Of a stretch of 45,776 nt of DNA, positions 13,331 through 24,589 are shown piece after piece. The notes below the pieces were generated by a model that saw nothing but the letters and a program-made list of their open reading frames with translations, was not told the origin of the DNA and made no database searches. The DNA is taken from contig NC_057751.1 of the NCBI RefSeq assembly GCF_004010195.1, positions 16,394,466-16,440,241 of the forward strand, read 5' to 3'. Within the stretch, counting starts at the first letter, position 1. Each line of letters starts with the position of its first letter. The position numbers and the translations under genes are program-made. The DNA comes from Chiloscyllium plagiosum (Eukaryota).

Positions 13331-13398
13331 TCTGCGTCGCTCGAGGCCCTTGGACGAGCACAGCCTAAAGCCTTTTGTTCTTGTTTCCCGTCCCACAG

Positions 13399-13498
13399 GT
13401 CAGGGGTCACCACGTCTCAAAGCTTGATCCGCTCGGCATTAATGTAGTCGCGTTCGATGAGTCGGGTAACGCTTTTCCAGTCGGGCCCTCCAGCCTCG
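13399..13498 (+). CDS. OGDH: OGDH mutually exclusive exon, upstream copy (4A-type, lacks DADLD motif), phase 0-1
   Basis: ttgtttcccgtcccacAG acceptor and G|GTGAGA donor. Translates to [33 protein letters not shown], resembling the human alternative exon VRGHHIAKLDPLGISCVNFDD. A second phase-1 donor (G|GTAACG) exists after 13465. Confidence 0.88.
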
Positions 13499-13589
13499 GT
13501 GAGACGCGTTTCGGGCACTTCCGTTTGCGTTGACGTTAAGGAAATGTATAAAAAAAAAATCCTCTCTTCTCCTTCCTCCTCCCCTCCCT

Positions 13590-13633
<44 letters not shown>

Positions 13634-13678
13634 GTGACTCCCTCCCTCCCTCCTCCATTTTCCTTTTCCTCATTTCAG

Positions 13679-13781
13679 ATCCGGGGTCACCATGTTGCGC
13701 AGCTCGACCCACTAGGAATCCTGGATGCGGACTTGGAGTCGTCCCTTCCAGCTAACCTAGTCACCAGCTCAAACGGACTTG
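13679..13781 (+). CDS. OGDH: OGDH mutually exclusive exon, downstream copy (4B-type, Ca2+-site exon), phase 0-1
   Basis: Long pyrimidine tract with TTTCAG acceptor and G|GTGAGG donor. The 103 nt translate to [34 protein letters not shown] versus human [34 protein letters not shown]. Confidence 0.95.
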
Positions 13782-15956
13782 GTGAGGGCTCTAGAGTGGG
13801 CGGACCCCTCTCTCTCCTCATTTTTTTAAAAAAAACAAAATGTTTTGGTGTTGGAGCTCCTTTTTGTTTTTTTAGAAACCCCCCTTTCCAACCAACCCGA
13901 GTTTTGGCTTGTAGTTGTTAAAAGCATGCGTGCATGCAGTGCTGAACACTCTGCACTTTTCCTCCTGTATGCTGATTTGTCAATGCTGATCCGCCGTCGG
14001 GGCTGCACTTCTGAATGACACCAAGTGCATGTGTGAGACTGTGTGTGCGTTCTAACACTACCCTCTCCGCTGCTTCTCCCACATAACCTCTGACCCCGCC
14101 CCCCCCTCCCCCTTCACCACTGACAAACAAAATCTCCGTTGTCTCCATGGGCAATTCAAAAATACCACGTCAATAATTCCTGTCACTGAGTCTGTAGTCG
14201 AACTGCAGTAAAGGATTTTACTGACGTATGTCAGACTGCGGACCTACCCGTTGGCTTATTTTCTTCAAAAATCCTTTTCGTTTCTCTTAACCCTGTCCCG
14301 GAGTTGGCCGCCATTTTTTTTTCTCTCTGCCGAATGTGTGGTTCGGTTCGTTTTGGCTTCTGTCCGCAACCCCGATGCATTTTTGGGGAATTTTAATTTC
14401 AGTCGTACCGCAGGCACGTTTCGGGTTTTCCTTCTCGTCTCCTCCCTCCGGGGTCGAGTTGGCCTCGCCCGTGGGCGGCCCTCCCTCTCGGCATATCGGG
14501 GTCGGCGAATACAGATCGGGTCTTGCTGTGTCTTTTCGCTGAGGGGCGCGAGTCGAGGTTCACGAAGCAGTGTTAGTCTCGAGTCAGAGTTCTGTCTGCC
14601 TTCCTTCCTTCCTTCCTTCCTCCCTCGACAGATTTAGGGTTCGAGGCTGGCACCGCCTCTGCCCGTTGTAGTTGACCGGCGGGGGAATGTGAGCCCGCAG
14701 GAGAAGCCGGGGCGGTTTTGCTTCTGTCGATGGCGTGGCTGTGCCCTGTACGCTTCCTGCAGACAGCAACCCCTTTTCCCCCACTCACCCAACCCTACTG
14801 CCACCCGTAAATCAGCTCCCGCCGCCATCTTGTACCCCTTGGCAGAAGGGATCTCGAGTTTTCCGAAGCTCTGTCAAGCTGCGGTGAGCGTAATCCTGGG
14901 AGCAGTTTTGTTCGGTGTTTTGCTGAGTCTGCTCACTAATCTGTCGAACGGCCATTAACGCTGGGAGCCCGGCGCCTTGTGCTTGTTTCCTTTCACGCTT
15001 TGCTTGCTGTGTGTGTGTGTGTGAGATACGTTGCGTGGTGTGAACGCGTTCTCCCCTCCCCACCCAACCCCCCACCCATCGGTTTTGTTTCCCGTTCTGA
15101 CATGCGTTGGGATGGGAGTGAGGTAAAGCAGCCTGCCTCGTATTTGAACCTAAAACAGTTTAATTCTGAGCGAAACTAAGGTACGTTTGCTTTTTTTTTT
15201 AACAAGAAGAAAAAGAGCAGAGTTGGCCATTTCGCCTTGCCATAATCCGGACTGTCTGAAGTTCCTCTCGTAAAGAAGGCAAAATGGTTGAAGAGATTTC
15301 TAGCCATCTATTGGTCAGACACAGACCGACTGTAAAATGACATATTGCTTGTTCAGTGTTGGGACTGAACCGTGGCGCGTAGCTCCGCCCTGACATCTCA
15401 GAGACGATTGGTATTTCAAACAGTAGTCCACGTTTCATTGGTTGATATTGGGTTGGGCAGCGAACACCATTTTAGCGACCGACGAGGGTTTTGTTAGAAA
15501 GTTATTACAAACAACAACCTTTTTGCCTTTTCGGGGGGGGGGCCTTCCGCTGTCCGGAAGCCAAGTCGTCGCTCGCGGGGACCTCAGCTCTCTCCTCTTC
15601 AAACGTGTCTTTGGCACGCTTCGAGAGCAGGTGGGTCTGCTGGCCCAGAGGTAGGGGCACTACCGCTGTGCCGCAAGAGACCCTGAGAGCTCGGCGCACC
15701 AAATCCAAGAGCGTCGACTCTGGAGGAGGTCTGCCTGTGAGGGAGCTGCGTTTGTGATTCTGCCGGCTCGTGCACTCACCTGTGTCCGAGGATAAGGCAC
15801 AGCCTCCAGAAACTCCGCGCGAGGTTATGGTGGAGGTGGGTTTTGCCCCTCTCCCTTTGTGTTGCTCCCGGTTAATTTTTAAGCAGGCTGGGAGCAAGAG
15901 GGAAGGGCTGGCGAGACACAAGTGAATAATGTACAAATAAAGTACAATAATGTTAG

Positions 15957-16225
15957 GGTGGCACGGTGGTTAGCACTGCTGCCTCACACTGCTGCCTCAC
16001 AGCACCAAGGTTCGATTCCAGCCTCGGGCAACTGTCTGTGTGAAGGTTGCACATTCTCCCCGTGTCTGCGTGGGTTTCCTCCCACAGTCCAAAAGTGTGC
16101 AGGCCAGGTGAATTGGTCGTGCTAAATTGCCCGTAGTGTCAGGGGTGAATGTAGGGTAGGGGAATGGGTCTGGGTGGGTTACTCCTCGGAGGGTCGGTGT
16201 GGACATGTTGGGCCGAAGGGCCTGT
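15957..16225 (+). mobile_element. tRNA-derived HE1-type SINE
   Basis: ggcacggtggttagcactgctgcctcac (A-box-like), ggttcgattcc (B box) and a 3' tail shared with the CR1 LINE. Confidence 0.85.
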
Positions 16226-16252
16226 CGGGAATTTTTTTTAGGTTTTTTTAAG

Positions 16253-16503
16253 ATTACATTACATTACATTACAGTGTGGAAACTGGCCATTCGGCCCAAC
16301 AAGTCCACACCGACCCGCCGAAGCGCAACCCACCCATACCCCTACATTTACCCCTTNNNNNNNNNNNNNNNNNNNNNNNNNNNNNNNNNNNNNNNNNNNN
16401 ACACTGGGAGAACGTGCAAACTCCACACAGTCAGTCGCCTGAGTCGGGAATTGAACCCGGGTCTCTGGCGCTGTGATGCAGCAGTGCTAACCACTGTGCC
16501 GCC
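16253..16503 (-). mobile_element. tRNA-derived HE1-type SINE (contains 44-N gap)
   Basis: Reverse-complement A/B boxes at 16445-16503 and an (ATTAC)n tail. Confidence 0.8.
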
Positions 16504-17234
16504 CACAATGTACACTTGTTTTTAAAAAAAGTGTGCAGTCACGCCCACATCCTGTCTGAGTCAAAGTAAGGTCCTTCAGTGCATTGAGCCTGTGGCAACG
16601 CTTTTGAAGTAACGTAGTTCATCCCAATCCCCACAGGATTCCACTCCCCGCCCCCACCTTCATTGACTTATCAGCTTTCCTCCTGAAGATGAGCTTTTAA
16701 ATCTGTTTCCACCCTCCTTCCGGTTGGAACTGGCCGCCTTTTCGAAAGGGCGAGGTCTTTCTTTTTAAAAAATGTGCTGCGCCAGGGTTTTCATCTGCCC
16801 AGGCCGTTTTTCCCAGAATCCACTCCCAAAGTTTGGACAACTTTCCCTCTTACGCTCCTCAAGCACGCAATCTCCCGAAGCCCGGCTCCGGTCCTAATCT
16901 CTCCTTAACCTGCCCTGGTTGACATCGCCTTTCCCTTTTGCCGTAGCACTTCCCTGCCAAGTGCCTTGGTAACTTTTATTACGTCCTCGGAGGTGCAAGA
17001 TAAACGTGGCTGGTTGTTGCTGTAAGGCCGGCAGCTTCCGTGTCTGCGGCTGAAGTTGTCAGTCCCTGTTACTGTTCTAATAATTCCCTCCCCCGTTCAT
17101 AAGACAGTTAACGTTGATCCTTAATCTGTTTCTCATGCAGTCTTTTAGTCCTCTTTTGTTGTTGCGCGCCTCCTCCCCCAGTTCTCCCCTCCAGCTATCA
17201 CACTCGCCCTATGGCCCGACATTTCAATGCAGTC

Positions 17235-17660
17235 CTGGAGTCGTACAGCACAGAAACAGACCCTCCAGTCGAATCGCTCCCTCATCCCAAACCAAACTAG
17301 TCCCAGCTGCCTGTGCTTGGCCCCTATCCCTCCAAACCTTTCCTATTCATGTCCTTCCTCAAATATCTTCTAAACATTGTAACTGCCCCTGCGTCCACCA
17401 CTTCCTCTGGAAGTCCATTCCGTACATGAACCACTCTGTTCAAAACAAAATTGCCCCTCGTGATTTTTTTTTTAAAAAAAAATCACTCTCCTCTTCCCCT
17501 TTTTTTAAAATATTCCCTTTAGTCTTGAAATCCCCAAGCCCAGGGAGAGGGCAACAGCGATTCCACCTTATCGGTGCCCCCTCATGATTTTATAAACCCC
17601 TGTGCGATCACCCCCTCAACCTCCTACGCTCCAATGAGAAAAGACCCAGTCCCCTCCAAC
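17235..17660 (-). mobile_element. CR1/HER1-type 3' fragment
   Basis: Reverse complement of the 3' end seen at 11700-12070; near copy of 1455-1830. Confidence 0.75.
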
Positions 17661-18411
17661 CCTCCAATTATGCTGAATATTTTCTGACTAGCGATCTCTG
17701 CTTTCAATAATATCCTTCCCATTTATTGTGAAACAAATTCTTGTCAATTTGTTGTTAAGATGAAACTAGAAATCCTGCGTTCTCAGGATTTTGACCTTTA
17801 ATTACTCCTCCTTCCCCTTAATCAAGTTATCGCCCCTTTGAATGCTTTTGATTTGGATTTACCATTGCAACTGACCGTTCCTGTTCCAACTCGCTGTGTT
17901 TCACCCTCCTTACGTTCAACATTTTTTCCTTCTGCTGCGAACCTCCTGTTATGATTGCCATTCCCAAACGGCTCGCCCCTTTTTGAAATGGGCTCCACTT
18001 ATACTTCCTTTCCCGAAATCCGACACTTGATTGGCCGAATTAATTCAGGAATTCCTGCCCCTTGACTGGGCAGAATTGAAGCCCTCCTATTACCTCGGCC
18101 AAGTGAGGTGCGAATGCTCTGCTCTATTTCTCTTCTCCAATGTATCTGCCTACAGTAAGCACAACATCAGTACGATCGCTCAAACAGAAGTTTCCTGAAG
18201 AACTGCAGGATGCTGGAAATCCCAAAACGGAAGGCAGAAATTGCTGCAGGAACTCGGCAGTTCTGTCAGCATCTGCGGAGGAAAAGCAGACTCGACACTT
18301 CGAGTCCTGTAACCCTTCCTGAGGATAGTTCGCCTCTAACTCCACCGAAATCAATTCTACAGTACGTCAATCCCCTTTCCAGCACTGTGCAAGTCAGTGC
18401 ATTTGCTACAA

Positions 18412-18910
18412 CCGATCGGAAGGATGTTGTGAAACTTGAAAGGGTTCAGAAAAGATTGACAAGGATGTTGCCAGGGTTGGAGGGTTTGAGCTACAGGGAG
18501 AGGCTGAATAGGTTGGGGCTGTTTTTCCTGGAGCATCTGAGGCTGAGGGGTGACCTTATCAAGGTTTATAAAATCATGAGGGGGCATGGATAGGGTAAAT
18601 ACACAACATCCTTTCCCTGGGGTGGGGGAGTCCAGAATGAGAGGGTATAGGTTTAGGGTGAGAGGGGAAAGATTGGAAAGGGACCTGAAAGGGCAACGTT
18701 TTCACCCAGAGCTTGTGTGGGATGAGCTGCCAGGGGAAGTGGTGGAGGCTGATACAATTACAGCATTTAAAAGGATGGGTATATGAACAGGAAGGGTTCA
18801 CAAGAAAATGGGCCAAGTGCTGGCAAACAGGACTAGATTAAGTTGGGATATATGGGTTTTCGGGGACGAGTTGGTCTGAAGGGTCTGTTTCTGTGTTGTA
18901 CAGCTCTGTC
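18412..18910 (+). mobile_element. CR1/HER1-type 3' fragment
   Basis: RKDVVKLERVQKRLTRMLPGLEGLSYRERLNRLGLF..LRGDLIKVYKIMRG plus the 3' tail. Confidence 0.88.
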
Positions 18911-19449
18911 TTTAATTAAGCCCTTCTTTTCCCTGAATGCCTCCTCGTCTGGGGTATTAAGCGCCCATTTGTTATTTACGGCTGAACCAAGTCCCTGTTC
19001 TTGCCAGGGCAGCAGTAATCCCCAGTGGGCAGTTGTGTCTGCATCTCACCGCCTCCGTATTTATCCTGCTCCAGCTGCACCTTCATATCACCCACTGGAA
19101 ATCCATTGTCATCCGCCACCATCCTGTGTGTGTGTGTGTGTGTGTGTGTGTCAAACTGAAAAGGGTTTGCTGTGAATTGACGGCTACCAGGGTCTTGTGC
19201 ATTTGCTGTGTGTGTGTGTGGAGCATGATAGCCTGACAAATGTGTGCCGTTTTGAAAGCGTCTCCATTTTTTAAGACTGCATTGGCTCTCAAGTGTTCTG
19301 GCATGGGTTTGTCTGTCCAGACGGCATCAGTTTTTCTTCAAGCAGTAATGATTTACGCTGTGCAACCTTGTGGTAAACATTTCTCTCCTCAGCTCTTACG
19401 TTAGCTCCAACCTCCCCAGCAGAGTCCCTCTCACATGACTCCCCTGGAG

Positions 19450-19750
19450 GTATACAGCACGGAAGCAGGCCCTTCGACCCAACTCATCCATGCCGACCAG
19501 GTTTCTTAAACCGAGCTAGTCTCATTGGCCTGTGTTTGGCCCATATCCCTCCAAACCTTTCCCTATCCATGTCCACATCCAGATGCCTTTTAAATGCTGT
19601 CACTGTACCAGCCTCCATCACTTCCTCTGGCAGCTCACGCACCACCCTCTGTGTGGAAAAGTTGCCCCCCTCGGGTCCCTTTTATATCTTTCCCCGCTCG
19701 CCTTAAATCCGTGCCCTTTAGTTTTGGACTCCCCAACCCTGGGGGAAAGG
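19450..19750 (-). mobile_element. CR1/HER1-type 3' fragment
   Basis: Reverse complement of 18620-18905-type sequence. Confidence 0.78.
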
Positions 19751-21284
19751 AGCTTGATTAGATTAGATTACTTAGTGTGGAAACAGGCCCTTTGACCCAA
19801 CAAGGTAAAAACAATGACTGCAGATGCTGGAAACCAGATTCTGGATCAGTGGTGCTGGAAGAGCACAGCAGTTCAGGCAGCATCCAAGGAGCTTCGAAAT
19901 CGACGTTTCGGGCAAAAGCTCAGCCTTCGGTCCAACAAGTCCACCCCGACCCACCGAAGACTATTCACCGGCGTTCCTTCCTTCACTGGAAAGTCCCTCA
20001 AACCCGACCTCCACACGAAATACTTGCCAGAGAACACAGGAACAGGCACTTCGTCCCTCCAGACTGATCGTCCATTCACAGCTGACCTGTGGCCCATTTT
20101 CCACACCCCTCGCTTAACAAAACTTTCTGTCAGACGTTAACGCGAACGACCAAGCTGCCTTTTGTGGAAGTGTTGCGGATTAAAAATTGCCATTTAGAAT
20201 TAAACTTTTTTTTTTAAACAACACTGCTCACGTGGGAAGGCAGCACTGCAGCGAACAAATTTAAACCCAGTGCGACTTGGACAATTGGCATTTAGTTTTG
20301 CTCGATTCTGCCTCTTCAACCGAGATCCAAATGGCAGCCGGAGAGGACAAAAATTGGTGGTTCCTTCCCAGCATTTTGACCGGAGTCCCTGCCCCTTTGG
20401 TGAGGTGGGACTTTTGCTTTCTCGCGTTCGGAGGGCTGCTGCTCCCCCACCTCTCGGCATGCCCCTCCAAAGCGGGCTGAACAATTTTCATCCACATTTT
20501 GTCTGCGTTAACGGGGACTGAACTCCAACAGTGGTTCATTGTTCCGCGATGCGAATGTGATGAGGCGACAGATAAATGCAGCCTGTTTTTTTTTTCCCCC
20601 CTCCAATTTTTTTTATTGTTTTGTTTCACATTTCGCTTTTGGCACAGCAGCGTCGCAGCAATGAACTTCCCAGAAGGAAAGGCCAGTGTCAGCGAGGACA
20701 GCAGCCGCTGAGCCTGCTGGCCTCTTGCTGTAGTTGTCCCACGGTGCGGGCTCTGTTTCCGTACCCCCACCCTGTGTGCACTTGTAGCCTGAGGGGTGAG
20801 CTGTGTCCTTTTGCCTTCAGGTCTGCGTCCGGCTTTTCCATGACAGATGTTTTGCCTCTGCTCGGGGCTGCTCACGGGTTTCCGAGCGCACGGCCTGTCT
20901 CGGCCTCCCTTGCTTGTCCGGCCAGCGTGTTTGCCATCTTCAAGAGGGACATCCCTTCTGCACAAGCTGGCTGCGTTTGCACGCGTGTGGTTAGACCTCG
21001 CACGGCCTCAGTGGCCTATTCTCCAAGATGTCAGTGGGAGTTCTTGATTTTTTTTTTAAAAGGAAAGTGTCTCCTCCCACTCTGCAAAACCTGTTCAGCC
21101 GCCTTCGCACTTGTATAAAGCCGTACCATATGCATCAGCACCCTAGTCCAGTGCTTCCCCACACACACACACATTCTTCACCCAAGAGTAAAATCCCTCC
21201 GTGCCTCTGATCTGCTCGTGTAGCTGCGGTGTTTATCTGGTTGGTCCGGTTCATTTTCTGCTCATTAGTGTCCTCCAGTCGTCA

Positions 21285-22030
21285 TAGATACCTACAGCAC
21301 AGACTGAGGCCCTTCGGCCCGTCGCGTCTGCGCCAGTCAGAAGCCAACTGTCTCGCTGTTCTAACGCCCATTTCCCCAGCACGTGCCCCATGGCTTTGGC
21401 ACGGCGAGTGCCCCATCTAAATCCTCCTTCAGTGTGTCGAGAGTTTCTGCCTCTCCCCTCCACCCCCTTACGGGCACAGACTTCCAGATTTCCCAGCAGC
21501 CTCTGGGGGGAAAACATGTTTCCTCACGGGTCCCCCCCCCCCACCCTTCTCCCCCTTGCCTTAAATCTATCCCCCCCCCCAGGTCACTGATCCCTCCACC
21601 ATAGGACTAAGGTTCCTTCCTGTCTACCCTATCGATACCCCTCACCATTTTATCTGTCTCGATCATCTCCCCTGTCAATCTCCTCTGCTCTGAGGAAAAG
21701 CACCCCCAGTTGGTCCAATCTCTCAAAGAACTGAAACTCTCCAGCCCCTCCATGGGGCACCATCCTTGTAAATCTCCCTCTGCCCCCTCCCCTCTCTCCC
21801 AGTGCTATCCCATCCCTCCTATAATGTGGATTCTAGAATTGCCCACAATTCTCTGGCTGAGTGGCCTCACCCACATTGTATACAGTTCCCAGACAAACCC
21901 TCCCTGCTCTTAAACCCCACGCCTGGGTGATAAAGGCAAGTATATGTCGTCGTAACCACTTTATCCCCTTGTACTTTAAGGGGCCGGTGTAGATGCACAC
22001 CAAGGTCCCTCTGATCCTGGCTGCTCTCCA
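21285..22030 (-). mobile_element. Older, degenerate CR1-type fragment
   Basis: Minus-strand QRDLGVHLHRPLKV and degenerate matches to the CR1 C-terminal region and tail. Confidence 0.6.
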
Positions 22031-23524
22031 GTGGCGACATGTTGGAAGGATTCCGGGCTGGTTCCACTCCCCCCCACCCCCCCAGGACAAACAGAAAAGT
22101 TCAGGGGGGCTTGCAGTGCCCCCAGGGTCAGAGTTCACTTTCTCTCTCGTTTTTTTTTCCCTACTTCCTTCCATATCCTCCTCTTCTGCCTTTGATTCCG
22201 TTGCGCCAAGGATGCACGAGCGATGCGTGGGGAGCTCTCGCTTCCCAAACCTGCGACTCTGCTCACGGCAGCCCTGAAGGAGGGATCCGACGTGGTGTTT
22301 CTTGGCAGCCCGGCTCGCGTTTGCTTTAAAAGGTCGCTTTGTGCCGGGTGCGTGGCGGTTCCTGGGACTGTTGGCGCCCCTGGGTTGCCAAGCGGCCTGC
22401 TCCTGCGCAGTGACGGTTCAGTGGAGCTGGTGGTGCCACCTCCTTTTCGGACGTGGAGAGGGGCACTGAGCTGCCAACCTCCTTGGCCAATCTACGCAGG
22501 TTGTCGCTCAACCCTCCTCCCCGGGCTCGCCGTTCACAAGGATGCCGCTTGTCTGCTCTTGCCTCGTCAGAGGTGACCAATTACCGGCCTGCCTGAAGAG
22601 CTCTGTTGGGCAGGCTCCTGGAGAGAACAGTTATCGGCGAGGTTTCTTTCACCTGTTTCGGGTTCGAATGCACGTTCCTAACACTTGGAACGCGATGTTG
22701 CGAAACCTTGCAATCGAGAGAAGCTAGCTCATTCCGAGTCACCAAAGGTCACTGGTTAGGTGTGAGGCGACTGGGATTGACGTTGTAGGCCCTCACAAAC
22801 TTGCTACTGTTGACCTCTCGTCAGCAGCGGTGTAAAGGTCAGCCTGAAACGGTGTGCCCTGCAGCCGATTGTGCAGTTCCTCCCGCCTCTCTGTTCGCAG
22901 CCTGCGGAATTGTCTGTCCTCCCGCCGGATTCCGTGTAGCCAAGCCGGCTCTCGGTACAGCCTTCCAGATACTCTCCTGCTCGTCCAGTCAGGATGAGCA
23001 GGGAACGCCGGTCACGGGGGAGGGGGGGGGGGTGGGGTGCGGCCTACTGCTCTGCACGACCGTGAAGCCTCCACGGGCTCAGCTGCAATCTGTCCTGCAC
23101 CAGGTCTGCGTCTTAGCTGTGTCATTGACTGTGCGCCACCCATTGGAGAAATAACCTACTGCTGCATGAGAAGAAACCCCTTTCCTTTCAGCTTCAACCC
23201 CCGCCACCCCCCCCCCCAACTCCGCCCCAGATCCTCCGACATAGCCCCCAGTTTCCACATGCATGGCTGATTTCTTCAACCCCTTCTGCTTCCCTTTAAC
23301 TTGGTTTGAAAAACCATGCTGTGCTTGATTAATGCTTTGCGATGCACTTGTTTAAGACCCCATGATAGATCAGTGGCCAAATCTGTACTGAAAGTGTTTT
23401 TTGCCTGCCCCCCCCCCCACCACCACCTCGAGCCACTCGTTCGCCGATTGGATTTCAAGAAATTTCCCTCCGTTCTCTTCTGCTCCGAACGCGTTTGGCA
23501 CCGTCGCTGTCAGTCTAGACGTGG

Positions 23525-23725
23525 GTGAGGAAGGGTTAACCGGGCAGCTGGTTTGCGACGCCAACAGCCCAGGGTTCAATTCCCGCCACCCGCTTGAGCC
23601 GTCCGTGAAGGACAGTCCTCCTCGGCCTCTCCTGAGGCGCCGGTGACCCCTCCGGTTAAACCGCCCGCCAGTCGCTTGTGTTTTAATGAGAGAGCAGCCC
23701 AGCCCCTGTGGTGACTTTCCTTTTA
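23525..23725 (+). mobile_element. Old tRNA-derived SINE of a different family
   Basis: B-box gggttcaattccc at 23572 followed by a body (cctgaggcgccggtgacccctccggttaaac..aatgagagagcagcc) unlike HE1. Confidence 0.45.
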
Positions 23726-23900
23726 AGATATGGAGGGCACTGTAGAGGGAGCGAGGGTGAGGCACGCTTGGGGAGATGGGAAGCATTACCGTGTCCGGAT
23801 CTGAGATGAGGACCCTTTTGCAGCTCCCTTTTTATTTATTTTTTTTGACTAGTTCTAATAAAAGATTCCATTTTCCCCGCCCGACGAAGCTGCTAGAGAG

Positions 23901-24400
23901 NNNNNNNNNNNNNNNNNNNNNNNNNNNNNNNNNNNNNNNNNNNNNNNNNNNNNNNNNNNNNNNNNNNNNNNNNNNNNNNNNNNNNNNNNNNNNNNNNNNN
24001 NNNNNNNNNNNNNNNNNNNNNNNNNNNNNNNNNNNNNNNNNNNNNNNNNNNNNNNNNNNNNNNNNNNNNNNNNNNNNNNNNNNNNNNNNNNNNNNNNNNN
24101 NNNNNNNNNNNNNNNNNNNNNNNNNNNNNNNNNNNNNNNNNNNNNNNNNNNNNNNNNNNNNNNNNNNNNNNNNNNNNNNNNNNNNNNNNNNNNNNNNNNN
24201 NNNNNNNNNNNNNNNNNNNNNNNNNNNNNNNNNNNNNNNNNNNNNNNNNNNNNNNNNNNNNNNNNNNNNNNNNNNNNNNNNNNNNNNNNNNNNNNNNNNN
24301 NNNNNNNNNNNNNNNNNNNNNNNNNNNNNNNNNNNNNNNNNNNNNNNNNNNNNNNNNNNNNNNNNNNNNNNNNNNNNNNNNNNNNNNNNNNNNNNNNNNN
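23901..24400. other. Assembly gap of exactly 500 N (other gaps: 16357-16400, 27315-27594, 29747-30193, 39430-39506)
   Basis: N runs. The round length suggests a fixed-size scaffolding spacer rather than an estimated gap. Confidence 0.95.
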
Positions 24401-24589
24401 GTCGGGGGTGGGGTGGAGGGAGTGGGGGTTTGTAGGTGTGGGGACAATCGAGCGGGGGGCTGCTTTGTCCCTGGATGGTGTCGAGCTTCTCGAGTGTTGT
24501 TGGAGCTGCCCTCCCCCCCCACTCCATCCAGGGCAAGTTGGGAGTATTCCATCCCACACTCCTGACCTATGTTTCAGTGAAATGGTGAA

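Noticed and set aside
12571..13781. Calling the gene OGDHL because of the PARG neighbour
   Set aside because: The exon peptide ([22 protein letters not shown]) and the duplicated exon pair match OGDH rather than OGDHL.
15957..16025. tRNA genes at A/B-box sequences
   Set aside because: They are SINE heads continuing into SINE bodies and LINE-derived tails, with no full cloverleaf evident.
20261..21118. Overlapping 180-234 aa ORFs in a GC-rich stretch
   Set aside because: There is no recognisable homology or consistent exon signal, and such ORFs are expected by chance at this GC content.
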